From assembly GCF_009914755.1 (NCBI RefSeq), contig NC_060935.1: 64,000 nt of DNA, one strand, 5' to 3'. The stretch's first letter is position 1. Each line of letters opens with the position of its first letter. The notes under the pieces were generated by a model. That model did not search any database. It was not told the origin of the DNA and saw only the letters and a list, made by a program, of their open reading frames with translations. The position numbers and the translations under genes are program-made. The stretch is from the human T2T-CHM13v2.0 reference genome, Homo sapiens. Positions 50,351-63,095 of the stretch are shown piece after piece.

Positions 50351-52708
50351 AAAAATTCAATGGCTAAGACAATAATATCTTAACAATAAGGCGAGTGAAA
50401 GGGAGAGAGAGCTAGAAACAAGGGCTTGATATAAGCACTTTCAGCTACAATGTGAAGAATATTCCCCTTTAGCTTCCTGATCACATATTGAAATGTAAGA
50501 ATGAAGGACCATGTTTAAACCCAAACTAATAGTGCTCAAATGACTACAGTGACCTCATTTAAATGTTAGTGCTGGGTATAAAAGGGCAAAATATAAATGC
50601 AGCTTTGTGATGACCCTGGACCTAATGATGAGATTGGTGCTAAATAACTAAACCTTTCCCAGAAGGTATAATATTCACATACTCTACAGTTCTCAGGAGC
50701 TACTTCGACCCAGACATCCGAGAATCTAGAATACATATAGCTATTATTCTAACAATAATTCTCAAACACCTCAATGGCTTATAAAGTGTGGTACCTTAAG
50801 GCAACACACATCTGTTGCTGCCATATGAAGTGGCTGGATGGGAAACGGTGAGGTGAATCAAAGTTTACAGTATTCTTCCTGCCTTCTCGGCAACCTTATT
50901 TCCCAGGTTTTCTCCCACACCCTATGCCCAATCTCTCTTTTCTCTTGCCAGGGGCCTAAGGAGATTAAACCAGTACAGTCTTTCTTGCCTGATCACACCT
51001 GATGCTTTTGACATGTGGACCTGGCAACTCACGGGCCAACATCAGACCTTGCTTTCAGAGCATGTCAGCCTGTCTTCCTCTCTTGATCACTGCAGCCCAC
51101 TTCCAAGACAGGAAGTACTTCTCCTTCTTGGGTGATGATGGACCTTCATGCAGTGAACCTTGAGATTCACTCTCCTACAACGTTTTTACTGATGTGATTA
51201 TTGTTTTTGAGACATTATTCAAAATAAATCAGATTGTAATTTAACAGAGGATATAGATAAGCAAGCCCACAATTATAGTATATTGTGATGATTACTTAAT
51301 AGCTAACACTTTCAGAGCGTACGTTCTGGCACTGTTGTAATGGGCTTTAAATATATTCATTCAGCTAAGCTTACAAAAATCTCCCATTCTATAGGTAAGA
51401 AAACTGAGGCATGGAGAGATCTAACTTCTGAGTCTCAGCTCTTGAATTCTACCCTATATTGCTAGGAGTGCGATGGAAGCACAGAGGAGGTGCACAAACT
51501 CATTCCTGGGTTTCCTTTAGAAACTGGGAAGAAAATACAAGCAACAGGATTTGAAGAGCATCTGTCACTCCATAACCTCTTCCACACCTTTCTCTAGCTG
51601 TGCCCCAACTGGAGTGCCTTCCTCCCTTTTCTGTCTGCCTGAACCAACTCATTTTTATGGATTACTTTAAATGCATTTTTATGGATTAGTTTTAAATCCC
51701 AACAGTCTCGTTTTGGAACTGATTGCTTACTATCACACACAACCATTGCATTTTAGGTAAGCTGATATTTTGCCCATATAACTGTGATATGCATGCTAAT
51801 TTAGAGTTATTTATAGATATGCCTATCTTTCTTACTGAATTTTAATCTCCTTATATAAATGTCTCTCTGTGTGTTTGTGTGTGTGTATTTCTTTATTTAT
51901 TATTTTACCCTAGGACCTCTCACAGTTTCAAGATCTTATAGCTAGAAGATGGCAGAGTGACATGATGCCTGCATTGAAGTGCTCCTCCAGGTTTATGACT
52001 ACTCCTGACCCATAGAATACTCAATGTATAGGCCTTTAGTAAATATTTTCATTAACAGCAGAAAACCACCATTTACAGTACATTTCATTTCCCATTCTTG
52101 TCACAGGAGACCTGCTTTACTAAGCTCTTTCACATCCATCACCACTCAGAATAAAATAGTATAAAGAATTGTGACAACACTAGAAGAGAGAAAAATAAAA
52201 GCAGAGTTGATAAGAAAAACACTTCAAGACACCTCTGGGTACAACAGAATTGGAAAATAAACTTAGACCTTACCATGTATGATTCATCTCCAACAGAGTA
52301 TGATTAAACATATTCAACTGACAAGAAAAATATTTAAAAGTAATAAACCCCCCCTTTTTTAACAGCTGTAAGGGTTTCTAGAACATATTATCTTTTCTTT
52401 TGGGTATTTTAAGAAATGTTTCTTTTCAGGTCAGAAAAACCTGATTACTTAGATCATGACCTTAGCTATACAAAGAGAAATAGGGATTTTTGATTAAATG
52501 CTAAATCCAGAATAGAAGAATTGAAAAGATTTGACTTTATCAGTGCTCATGAGAAGGGTTTTATTTTTGTCTGCCATCTTTTTTTGGGGTCCCTCTTCAT
52601 CATATCACACACACCAGTGCTTTACTTCCTTTCAGTGCTTTGAGGTTAAGAGTTTACCTTTGGGACTTTCTGAATGCAATATACAAATAGATTCTCACCT
52701 TAACCACC

Positions 52709-53256
52709 TGTGGTAGCTGTTTCCAAGATGATCTCCAATGATTCCTGCCTCATAATATTTATGTTCTTTCTGTAGCCACTCTCCTCCACATTGAATATGG
52801 CTAATATGTAGGCAATAGCATATCATGGAAATGGTAGAGGGTGACTTCAAAGACTTGGTCATAAAAGATCTTGTGACTAACATCTTGCTTTTGTTTTTAT
52901 AACTTACCCTGGCAGAAAGCAGCTGCCATGTTGTGAGGACACTCAAGCAACTCTATGGACAGGTGCATGTGGCAAGAACCTGAGGCCTCCTGCCAATAAC
53001 CAGCAGGGAACTAAGGCCTCATGCCAATAGCTATGTGAATACACCATCTTGGAAGTGGATCTCCCAGCCCAAGTCAAGTCTTCAGATGCCTGCAAACCTG
53101 GCCAACTTCTTAACTGCAACCTCATTAAAGACCCACCCAGAACCACCTATATCTGCTCCTTTTTGACCTACGGAAACTGTACAATAATTAGTGTTTATTG
53201 TTTTGAGTCACTAAATTTTGAGGTAATTTGTTATACAGTAGTAGATAGCTAATAGA
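52709..53256 (+). mobile_element. MLT1F-like MaLR solo LTR
   Basis: Starts 'tgtggtagctgtttccaagatgatctccaatgattcctgcc'; 'gcagctgccatgttgtgaggacactcaagca'; ends 'ggtaatttgttatacagtagtagatagctaata'. Confidence 0.85.
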
Positions 53257-54346
53257 AAATTTACTGTTGATGATTAACTTTGCCAATGCCTTTCTACCCA
53301 TTATCACATTTTGTCCTCTTAACTAGTCTTGATGATGATACTATTACAGTAAATTGAGGCTAAGAGTAGTCACACATGTATGAAGTGGCTGGGTTGGATT
53401 TGAACCCAGGACAGTCTGCTCCCAAAATCCAAGTTCTTAATCATTATGCTGAATCATATAATGCCCTATTTTTGTTAAAACACCAAAGTAACTCTGCCAG
53501 AACAGATGCTTATCAGTCCAGTAATTAATCTACAAGGGTTTCCTAGGCAAGGAAATTAAAACTGTTTTTAGAGTATGCATTATTTCAAAAGATTGTGTTG
53601 GCTTTCTATAGCTTATTAACTACTGAGAAAAAAATAAGTAATAAGTACTTAACATAGCCAACATTAAATTCATATGGTTGGTATTATGTGGTGGGTTACT
53701 GAATAACCTTCACTCTCCATAGTCACTATGGTGCTTTTATTTAAGGAAGTCATAATTATAAGACTGTACATTCAGTCTACTGTTTAGTAGACTAAACCCA
53801 GGAGTTGAGATTCAGCTGCCCATAAGAGGGTTCTTTTCACCACAATACTTTCCCTTATTAAACCCAAAGCAACACCAACTGACAATCGTCATAAGCAGTG
53901 TGTAGTTATTCAGATGCGAGAGCTGATTATCTAGCAGGATAGTGAGACTTCCAAAAAAGATATTCAGGTTTTTCTTTTCTAGGTCACTACCATCTGTCCA
54001 CAGGGTTGTGAAATTCCAGAAAAGGCAGACTGATAGGGGAATAACTTGTAGAATGGCACGTTCTATGAGACAAAGTTGTTTTAAAATAATAATAACAGTG
54101 AGCAACAACAGTTCTTTTAAATTTATAAATCTTTTTACATATATTTGCTTTCAGGATCCTTAGTATCCTATAAGAAAAGATGACAATGATGATGACAGTG
54201 TCAACTATTAGTGTCCCTATTTTACAGATGAAGACTTCGAGGCTCAGGGAAATCAAATAATTCATTCAAAATCATTGAGCTAGGAATAGGACTGGAATTA
54301 AATCCAAGGTTCTGATTTCATCCTGAATGACTTTCCTAAAACCTGA

Positions 54347-54726
54347 ATTTCTAAATCTATTTTGTGCTGCTATAACAAAATACTGAAGACTAGGTAATTT
54401 ATAAAGAACAAATCCTTATTTCTTGCAGTTCTGGAGGATGGAAGTCTGTGATCAAGGGGCCAACATCCAGTGAGGGCCTTCTTGCTGCATCATCACATGG
54501 CAGAAGACAGAAGGGTAAGAGAGAGCAAGAGACAGCAGGAGGGAAGAGGGCTGAATATATCCTTTTATTAGACACCCACTCCCATAATAACTAACCCAGT
54601 CTTGAGATATGACATTAATCCATTAAGAGGACCTAATCACCTCTTACATGTCCCAGCTGTCAACACTGTTGCATTCGGAATTAAGTTTCCCACATTAACT
54701 CTGGGGGATACATTTAAACCATAGTA
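54347..54726 (-). mobile_element. MST (MSTC/MSTD-like) MaLR solo LTR
   Basis: 'gctgctataacaaaatactgaagactaggtaatttataaagaaca...gtgagggccttcttgctgcatcatcacatggcagaag...aaaccatagta'. Confidence 0.85.
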
Positions 54727-55688
54727 CTGACTGATGTGTCAATTATCTTTGTACACTTCACTGAAGGTGGCATGGTGCTTTGCCTACAGTAGACCCTCAA
54801 TATGTTTTAGTTCTACTGAAACTGAGGTGGAGCTTACATTGCAGTGAAGGAGGAAGTGGAAAATGGATTTTTAGGGAGCCAGTTCTATTGGTTGCTTTAC
54901 TTCCCTTCTTTGTATGCATATTGAGCAAAGATGCTAAAGATGAGAGGCAAATGAATTTTGATGGAGCTAGATTTCAGGATGATATCCCAAAATGAGACAC
55001 ATTTTCTAATCTGCCTTATTTCATTCTTCCTCCTTACAAATCATGTGACTGATTCATGGGGAATCTTGTTCATTCACTGGATAGTTCGCTATAGGCATGA
55101 AGGTCACCTTGATACCCGCTTCCTCCCTCCCCTGTCTTGTATATTATCATTTGAATAATCAGAATGAAAGGTGGGCTTTAGAAGCTTGGATTTCCCAAGA
55201 AATCTCTAGCTGGGCCGGTCCTTTCTGACCACTCTCATTTCAGGTCAGCACAGCTTTGGTAATACATGGCTCACAAAAAAGGTTGCTTTCATTCAATTCA
55301 GCTGTGTCCAGGCCCATTAATTAAAACCAGATTCCCAGATAATCTCATGATGCTTATGTGAAGACTAAGTCAGAATTCTATTTCAACAGGCAAATGCTAA
55401 TTTAAATAAAGATGTGAGCCTTTATTTTTCTCTCCTCCTTCCTCCCTCTCCTTTTTCCTCTTTTACTCTCTCTCCCAGAAGTAACGAAGTCATTCTTAAA
55501 TGTCTCTCTGCTCACAAGAACACCATTTCATTCAAAGTGCTTGCTCCGTATGTCTCTTGTCAAAATTTGTTTGCCATGATTAAAGGCTTTAGGAAGAGTT
55601 AATAAACACTTTAGCTGTGTTCTCATCATAGAAAAGTAATATCTGAGCCAAAGTGCAGTGGTCGTCTCATTCCTTTAGCAAGAGGTTT

Positions 55689-55717
55689 TTGTTGTTGTTG
55701 TTGTTGTTGTTGTTGTT
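55689..55717. repeat. (GTT)n trinucleotide repeat
   Basis: About 9 pure GTT units. Confidence 0.95.
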
Positions 55718-57602
55718 ATTTGTGTGTGTGCATGTGTCTTTCCAAATGTACCAAAATGTGCATCCATTTCATTAATGAGGTTACTAATGGAGAGAACATT
55801 TACCTTTTTTATTCTTTCTTACTTTGGAAAGCATTATTCTAGAACCATGCTTTTTCCACAGGAGGAAAATAATTGCATTGTGAAAGAGATCTTTGATTTA
55901 CATTACTTCGTGTGGATGGAAACATAGGCCGATAAAGGAAAAAAAAATCTACTCACATTTCCATGAAAATATAAGCCTAGAAACCTGGACAAGTTACTAA
56001 GCTTGAGGATCATTCTGATTGATTAGTGAGCTTGAGTTTTCTATCTTTTTTTTTTAAATTACTCCTTAAAGTTGGCCTATTCATCTAGAAACCAAATTGT
56101 GTCTTTTCTCTAAGGGATTTAGAGTTTTGGAACTATATGTTCAAACTGTTAATATCCAAAGAACTAGTGGTGAACTACACAACAAGTAGTTCTGATATAA
56201 ATTCTACTTCCCAGGTAAAAATTTAGTGTTCAGCTATTAAATACAATGGATGTGGTTTCTGAGTGTGTGTCTAAAATGATTTAAATGCCTCATAAGTCTG
56301 AACATACATGAATACACTTAACATACTGCAAGCACATTCATTAATTGCAGTAACCTTTAAACTTCTATTGTTAACTAGAACCCCATTTTGAAATTTGGAC
56401 TGAATTTGTCATAGATTATAGTCATTACACTGAGATGTGATATGCTGAAACTCCATAGCACACATAACCCATTATACAGTCCTAATTTTCTCAAAGAAGA
56501 CCAATATCTGTTAGAATTTTCATATATTTTTAAACAGCCATTATAAAAGCAGAGGATTATACTAACTTTAACCAATGTTATTTTTTAACTACAGAACTAA
56601 AAACAGGACTCTACCAAATGGGCTCTGTTTGTATACTAGCCTACATTCTGTGATAATGTATATGAGAGTCATATTATTGTCTCCAAAGTAACTAACATTT
56701 GTAATTACAGTCAAATGATGATATAGCTGTAGAATATTTACTCATAAAAATACTGTTTTCTGAAAATCCATTGTGTGTCAACAAATGGGCACTTAAAGAA
56801 ATTCTTACAGAATTAGAATTGATCATGAGAGATCAGTAGAAAATGAGACTAGAATGTATGTCAGAGGTCTAATGAAGCTGGCTTTGTGGCTTCACTATTC
56901 TCATCAAAAGGAATAAAATAAAAACTCACAAAGATAACTTATCCAGGTGTTTGAAACAATATTTCAAAAGATTAAGATTCACTCATTTGTAATAGTTTAC
57001 TTGAGTATATTGATTTTACATCAATACAATAATTTCATTAAAATTATCTTTTAAAGTCCTGGTACCCTGTTTTTTAAAGGGGATAAGACAGTTTTATAAC
57101 TTTAATAAATTGAATATCACTGAAACATTCTGGGGGGAGGGGATGTTGTTTGCTCAGTGAGTGAATATTTGAGCTTTGGAGTTAGTGAGACCTTGGTTGC
57201 ACTTGGATTCTTCAATACACAAGGTGATAAACTTGGAGCAAGTTGCTTACTCTTTCTAAACCTTTATTTCTTTATGCATGAAATGAGGGTACCACAAACT
57301 TCAAGAAGTTACTAAGGGGGTTAAATAGAGTGTGGTATGCAAAGGCTTTAAGTAGAATTATTGACATATACTAAAATACAAAATAGTAATAATTATGATG
57401 GTGCTGATTCTACCTACCAATTTATAGGCAGCCCAGTCATTAAGAAATATTTAAATATGGGCATTTTAATTTTGTTTCATAAATAACATTAATTCAGGCA
57501 TCACAAAATCCATCACAGAACTCTGAAAAGGCAATGTCTGGTTCACTAAGGAGTTATCCAAAATATAAAACAAAGAGATTCCATTCTTAGAGGAGGTTAT
57601 CA

Positions 57603-57603
<1 letters not shown>

Positions 57604-57641
<38 letters not shown>

Positions 57642-57670
57642 ACACACACACACTCACACTCATACACACA
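57604..57670. repeat. Interrupted (AC)n microsatellite
   Basis: Directly visible. Confidence 0.95.
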
Positions 57671-58129
57671 TGTTCTTATATCATATTAGGATATGTCCTA
57701 ATATCCTATAAATGCACAACTATCCCCAAAAGAAAATCTTAAGAGCTTATACACAGAATTTGGTGAGGGCACTAAAAATTGTAGATTCTCATCTGCTAAT
57801 TCATGTTTCTTACTTGCTCAAAATGTAGGTTGGCTATCATATCCCAACCAACATTGATTTCTCCTCTTTCCTAAAGTTCACTTATAATTTAAGAAGGTAG
57901 TTTGGGGTTATTTTCTATTACTCTTAAATGTGATAGACTTCAGAGTCAGCTCTGAATTCCAGTTTTGGCTCTCATACTATCTTGATTTGTGACTTGGGGC
58001 ACTGTTTTTTCATTCATAAAATGGTACTATTATTTCAAGGGTTATTATGAGAGTTAAATAAGAAGCTCAATTTAAAATGTGCCCCAGTTGCTTGCACAGT
58101 AAATTACAGCCTCATTTTCTTTTAATATC

Positions 58130-58694
58130 TGCAATGGCTTCATGGTGTGCCAGGTTGACCAAGCTAACCTACATCTCCCAGAATCCCCCTTCTGGCATGT
58201 TTCAAGATAGGCAAGCTATGAAAGATATTTGTTTTTCTTTTGTGAGACGGAGGATGGAGAGGAAATAGCAGCCAGTTTGTAATAAGCAGGTACATTATCC
58301 CGCTATTTAATCAAACTCTAGATGCTACTGTGAAGGTATTTTAGTGATGTAATTAAAGTCTCTAATCAGTAGCCTTTAAATTAAGTGGATGATCCTCAGC
58401 AGAGCTGACAATTTATTGGAAGCCTTTTAAAGGACAAGTTAGTCTTTAAGAGAGAGACTCCACCTATGGATAACAAGCTCCAGCTTGTGTCTATGGGGTC
58501 TCTGTCTACTCATTGTCTGCCCCAAAACTAATTGCATAAGCCACTGTATCATTACATAGATGGGTGCATGTGATAGATAAATAGATACTACATAGACACA
58601 TAAATAGATGATAATGTGTGTAAATATGTACACACACACCCTACATACATGCACATATATAAACCAAAGTTCACCCAGAGAAACAGAACCAGCA

Positions 58695-58728
<34 letters not shown>

Positions 58729-58856
58729 CAACCCAAGTTCACCCAGAGAAACAGAACCAGCAATACACAAACACATACATACACATGTGTATAGGGTGTG
58801 TGTGTATGTGTGTGTTTTGCTGGTTCTGTTTCTCTGGGTGAACTTTGGTTGATACC
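58130..58856 (+). mobile_element. MLT2-family (ERVL) solo LTR with a rearranged 3' end
   Basis: 'tctagatgctactgtgaaggtattttagtgatgtaattaaagtctctaatcagt' and the MLT2 terminus 'ctggttctgtttctctgg...gatacc'. Confidence 0.7.
58662..58852. repeat. Three copies of a 34-36 bp unit (two direct, one inverted) separated by CA/TG tracts
   Basis: aaccaaagttcacccagagaaacagaaccagcaa at 58662-58695; near-copy at 58728-58763; exact reverse complement at 58817-58850. Confidence 0.97.
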
Positions 58857-59184
58857 ATGCCCAGTTTGATTACTATCCTTTTCATTTTATTTAGACTTCA
58901 CCACTGTGCCTGGTAGAGAAGAGTAATGACAAATAGAACAAAGAACTATAGATTTAGATTCAAGATGAGAGAGTGTCCCAAGGCCACCACTTCTTGCAGT
59001 ACGTAAATGTGGCCGAAAACTTAATCTCACAAGTGCAAATGTGAGTAGAATTGCCATCACATTGTTTTACCACATAATAGACTCAGTAAATATTACATCC
59101 CTTTCTCTCCCCACAGCTCACAGAATTTAAGAAGAATAAAATGATTATAGAATGTATTTACTTTCATTAATTTAAGAAATTGTT

Positions 59185-59690
<506 letters not shown>

Positions 59691-59745
59691 AAAGACAACA
59701 TGAATTTTACAGAAGTATAAATGTAATACAAATTTAAAATATTAC

Positions 59746-60153
59746 TGTATTAGGTTCTGGGTATCTCATAATGAAATATCAAAGACAGGGTGGCATTTAA
59801 AACAGAACATTTATTTTCTCAAAGTTCTGAAGGCTGGATGTCCAAAATCAAGCTATTGGGAGGGCTGGTTTCTTCTGAGGCCTCTCTCTTTGACTTGCAG
59901 ATGTTGCTTTCTCTCTGTGTCCTCATGTGGTCTTTCCTCTATGCATGTGCATCTCTAGTTTCTCTATGTCCAAATTTCCTCTTCTTATAAGATCACCAGT
60001 CAGATAGGACTAGGACTCTTCCTTACAGCCTCATTTCAACTTCATGACCTCCTTAAAGACCCTATCTCCACATATAATCGCATTCTGAGATACTGAAATC
60101 TAGGGCTTCAACATATGAATTTGAAGGAGGAGGACACAATTTATTCCATATTA
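59746..60153 (-). mobile_element. MLT1B-like MaLR solo LTR
   Basis: 'tgtattagg...ggctggtttcttctgaggcctctctctttgacttgcagatg...agggcttcaacatatgaatttg'. Confidence 0.85.
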
Positions 60154-60929
60154 ATGACTATTGTTAGTATTTATATTACTGCTAAAACATTCTGCCTACA
60201 TTAGGCACTGAGTGACTGCATAGTGAGAGATTGGGTAAACAAACAGATAAATGTGGAATTGCTCATTGTAAGCTGTGCTGGGGGCTCTGATTATTCTTTT
60301 ATGTCCTAAATTCTTGAAAATTCTAGACCATTGTATTTCCTACATTATTATCATTTCTTGTTTAGGGAGAGTAAACTGCAAAACTGGTTACTAATTATTT
60401 GGCTTTAAATTCTGCTGCATTACTAGCCAAAGTGCTTTTTCACCCAAATAAAATGTAAATAAAACTACAAGTTTCAAAGCTGTCATAAGAGAAACCAGTG
60501 CCTTGAGGAGGCTGAGAAATTTTCTCATAAGGAAGAAAGAAATAAGGCTAGGGATAACTAAAAAGAAAGATAGCACCCAGAGGGTTTTTCAAAATGTGTT
60601 GGAAGCTGGGACGAATAAATTGGGGTAGGCAGGGTAGCTTGAAATTTCGATAACTAGGAGACTGTACACATTTATAACTGCTCTAAAGAAATGACACTTT
60701 CCTTCAGTCTTCAAGTTTCCAAGCCTTATATTCAAAAGAAGGTAATACCTAAAATCAGCAAATGATCCTCTGTTTTGTAGATGAGCAGCAAAGATGTAAG
60801 AATTGTTTTCTCCTATATCCTAAGAGTTGCTTTGCTTAATATATGAAAGAGACACTCTGAAGGATTATTTGCTTAAAATATGGAAGAGAACCTGACGATG
60901 CCTACATGAAGGAGGAAAATTAGAGAAGT

Positions 60930-61375
60930 TTCTATTTATTGAGTGCCTAGTATATACTAATCAATATCGCTAATATTTACTGCACATTTAATATTTGCTG
61001 GTCAATGTGTGTTTTCACTTATTTATCTTCACAAGAAGGTTATAAGGTAGGTGCTATTATAATCTTCATTTCGTGATGAGAAAAGGATCTTAGGCAAGTA
61101 AATTATCTTCACAAGAATATAACCAGGATTTGGTCCCATGGAGTATAACTCTAGAACTCCTGTGCTTAAAGACAAATGCCACCATTATACCACTGGATCC
61201 TCTTAACAACTGTTGGAATACACAGGCATTAACCCCATCACACCAATGAAGAAAGTAAAACCTAGAAAGACTGAATAATAATTTGCTCTAGGTCATGCAG
61301 CTACCAGGTCACAGAGCCAAAGTGGAATTCTAGGTCTTTGTAACTCCAAAATCTTTTTCCAAGAATGCCACACTG
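60930..61375 (-). mobile_element. Tandem MIR fragments
   Basis: 'tttattgagtgcctag', 'aggtaggtgctattataatcttcatttcgtgatgag', 'tttgctctaggtcatgcagcta'. Confidence 0.6.
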
Positions 61376-62399
61376 CTTTTCCCTGTGTTTCTCCTAGGAG
61401 AGGTGATACAGGAACATAACAGCAATATTAAAGCTTTCTTTCATTCTTTAGCTAAGAAAGCACTGCATCTTAAATAAAAGGGTATTTCCGTTTAGAATAT
61501 TTATAAAGGTTAATGAGAAACAAAATGAACTGAAAGCCAGCAGGGAAATATTCCCAGCTGTAAACACCAAACTTTTACATTCCAATTATACAAGAAAATA
61601 TCCCAAACAGAACATCAAATTTTTTAATCAGATGCAGGTGAATCAGCTGAGCAACATTTTTACCATTTTTTATCTCTATTTTGAGGTCACTACTGACTAA
61701 ACATTGGCAACATCACTCTGTTCAGGCAAATGTCGATGGATGAAGTAGGTGCTTAAAAAGGGAAAGGTGGACTCAAGTCCTACAATGAGGAATTTCCCAT
61801 AAAAACAAGGAAATTAATACAGGATTTCTTTCATCTTTTTCCATTAAAATTATGAGGTCTTTTTTTATCATTTTTTTTCAGAAGGTGGAAAAGGAGTAAA
61901 AAGACACGGAGTCAATTGTGCCTTTATTTTAGTGGAAGTAGGCTTTTGGGAAGTTAACAGCATATATCTTATAAAGGCCTCTTTTTCACTATGTGTATAC
62001 ATGGTCCAGAAGGCAAAGGTTCTGGGGGCATCTATGAACATCAACTTGGGCAATCTTGGTGATCACGGGAACAGCAAACCTTCTTTAAGTTTTGAGAGAG
62101 ACCATAGTGAGATAGCAGGGTTGATCCAAAGCGTGTAGAAAATCTAGGACAAATTCTTTTGGCAACTGGTTCCAAACCACTTCGTACCTGCCAAAGGGTG
62201 CATCAATCTATTAAGCCAGATTTTACTAAAGCCAGTTCTCTCTTATACTGACAAGGAAAATTAAAACCAGATGGGGTCAGATAATAACTTGCCCTAGGTC
62301 ATAGAGCTGGCAACTAACAGAACTACTTGTCTATCAAACTGACGGCATCCTCTTTATTAGCCATATCTGCCTACGTGACAGTTTTTTTACCTTACTAGA

Positions 62400-63095
62400 C
62401 CCAAGAGGTTTCCCAGCATCTCAAATACCTAAAAACACAGACATTCAATGTCACTCTCTTTCCTACCCCCTTGCCTCCCTGTGCCATTCCTCATGCTGCC
62501 TTTCCTATTTCTGCTCATACCACCAACTTTTTTTCCGAATCATGCAGGCTCAAAACCTTAGAGTCATGTTCAACTCATCTTTCTTGCCAAGTTCTGCTAA
62601 TTCTGCTGCAACAACATCTCCCAAATTTGTTCACTTTCAAGCATCTCAGTGGTAACATGAAGTGTAGGATACCATCATCTACCTTTCACTTAAACTATCC
62701 AATGGGTTCCTAACCCCTCTCCTGCCTTCTAGTCATATTGCATTCTAATTCACCCTTGTTCAAATCTATCCTTACACCACTACTGAATTAATCTTCCTAA
62801 TGTCTCAGTATGTCACCCCCCCGATCAAAAATTTTTTATCTCAAGTCATCCTGAGTAATTTCCACCTCATTTTCAAACCCATATATCAAATATTCCATGA
62901 ATATGTTTCACTTCATATAAATTGGGTATGACCCTTTAGATTCATTGGTTTTTATTTATAACTTTTAGGTAGTACAGCATAGTTTTCTTAATATTCTTAT
63001 TTCCCACCCTATTATTTGTGAATTTTTGAAGGACACAGACTGCATCACACTTTTCAGTTTCTGGTGATACTTAATAATTTTGCCAAATAAATAAT
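62400..63095 (+). mobile_element. L2 fragment
   Basis: 'cagcatctcaaatacctaaa...caggctcaaaaccttagagtcatgttcaactcatctttc', ending 'tacttaataattttgccaaataaataa'. Confidence 0.7.

Noticed and set aside
49264-53256. Two MLT1F LTRs as the ends of one provirus
   Set aside because: They are in opposite orientation, and the intervening DNA is L1ME, MIR and unique sequence rather than MaLR internal sequence.
58662-58852. CRISPR-like array (34-36 bp repeats with spacers)
   Set aside because: Only three copies, one inverted; the spacers are CA/TG microsatellite; the unit is an MLT2 LTR terminus; the context is primate DNA with no cas genes.
61538-61798. NF-kB-like sites (GGGAAATTCC on minus at 61789-61798; palindrome at 61538-61560; similar at 63969-63986)
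   Set aside because: Short motifs of this degeneracy are expected by chance in 64 kb, and there is no supporting context.
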